This document shows, one piece after another, positions 63,573 to 64,000 of a DNA stretch of 64,000 nucleotides (position 1 is the stretch's first letter; each line of letters begins with the position of its first letter). Origin of the DNA: Eledone cirrhosa (taxonomy: Eukaryota); contig OZ024755.1 in the NCBI GenBank assembly GCA_964016885.1, positions 1,488,001 through 1,552,000 on the forward strand. The letters run 5' to 3'. The position numbers and the translations under genes were made by a program. The notes beneath the pieces were generated by a model, which was not told the DNA's origin, made no database searches, and was given only the letters and a program-made list of their open reading frames with translations.

Positions 63573-63871
63573 GTATTTCATAAAACCTTTTTACGAACCT
63601 TTCCTCAAATTATTGCCAAGTTAGATACATTGTAGAATTTTTCATCATCATAATAAAACACATGAATTATGGTTTGTCAGGTAATTTGATTACGTATATA
63701 CTATATCTTCCTCCCTTACCTCTCTCTCACAGTGTTGACAAGATGGTCAGTGGTAGAACAACAGATATATTTAACAATGTATCTATCTTTGGATAAGAGC
63801 AATAATCCCAATAGCAGTCTGAAGATAGAACAAAACACTGTTCACTTTCCTGACATTTGTACATTATTCTA

Positions 63872-63944
63872 TGTACTATACATGCACCTTTGATGAGTTG
63901 TAGTGCACCTGAGCACTGTACACAATAATTTTCATTATTATTAT
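63872..63944 (+). mobile_element. 3' tail-only copy of the CR1/L2 LINE
   Basis: tactatacatgcacctttgatgagttgtagtgcacctgagcactgtacacaataattttcattattatta, almost identical to 15576-15643. Confidence 0.85.
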
Positions 63945-64000
63945 GATTTAGTGGATATGTTTCATAACGATTAAAGAAAATATGGGAGAAAATTATAGTA

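Overview
AT-rich, intron-containing eukaryotic DNA dense in (TA)n/(CA)n/(GA)n microsatellites, minisatellites and tRNA-derived SINEs that I recognise as typical of octopod cephalopods (the taxon is inferred, not proven). Two protein-coding genes can be built by hand with GT-AG introns and consistent phases. The first is the 5' part of cohesin RAD21 on the + strand: E2F/YY1 promoter near 52.6 kb, a non-coding exon, then six coding exons from 57898 to 63572, running off the window. The second is an 11-exon coiled-coil gene on the - strand (26158 to 16964, about 527 codons, start exon unresolved) whose motifs match the fungal Bfr1 / plant proton-pump-interactor family. Mobile DNA includes a near full-length but dead CR1/L2-type LINE inside an RTE relic, an internally deleted DD37D (maT) transposon, two CRE-clade fragments (one fused back-to-back to an RTE tail), hAT and piggyBac-type MITEs, and Penelope-like palindromes with hammerhead-like cores. 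Weaker signals: an inverted duplicate of a putative terminal exon at the left edge, orphan exon-like segments between the two genes (one encoding a beta-defensin-like Cys pattern), and minisatellites seeded from splice junctions or SINEs. No CRISPR array, rRNA or true tRNA was found. Most ORFs in the supplied track are repeat artefacts. All family assignments come from recalled motifs; no searches were run.
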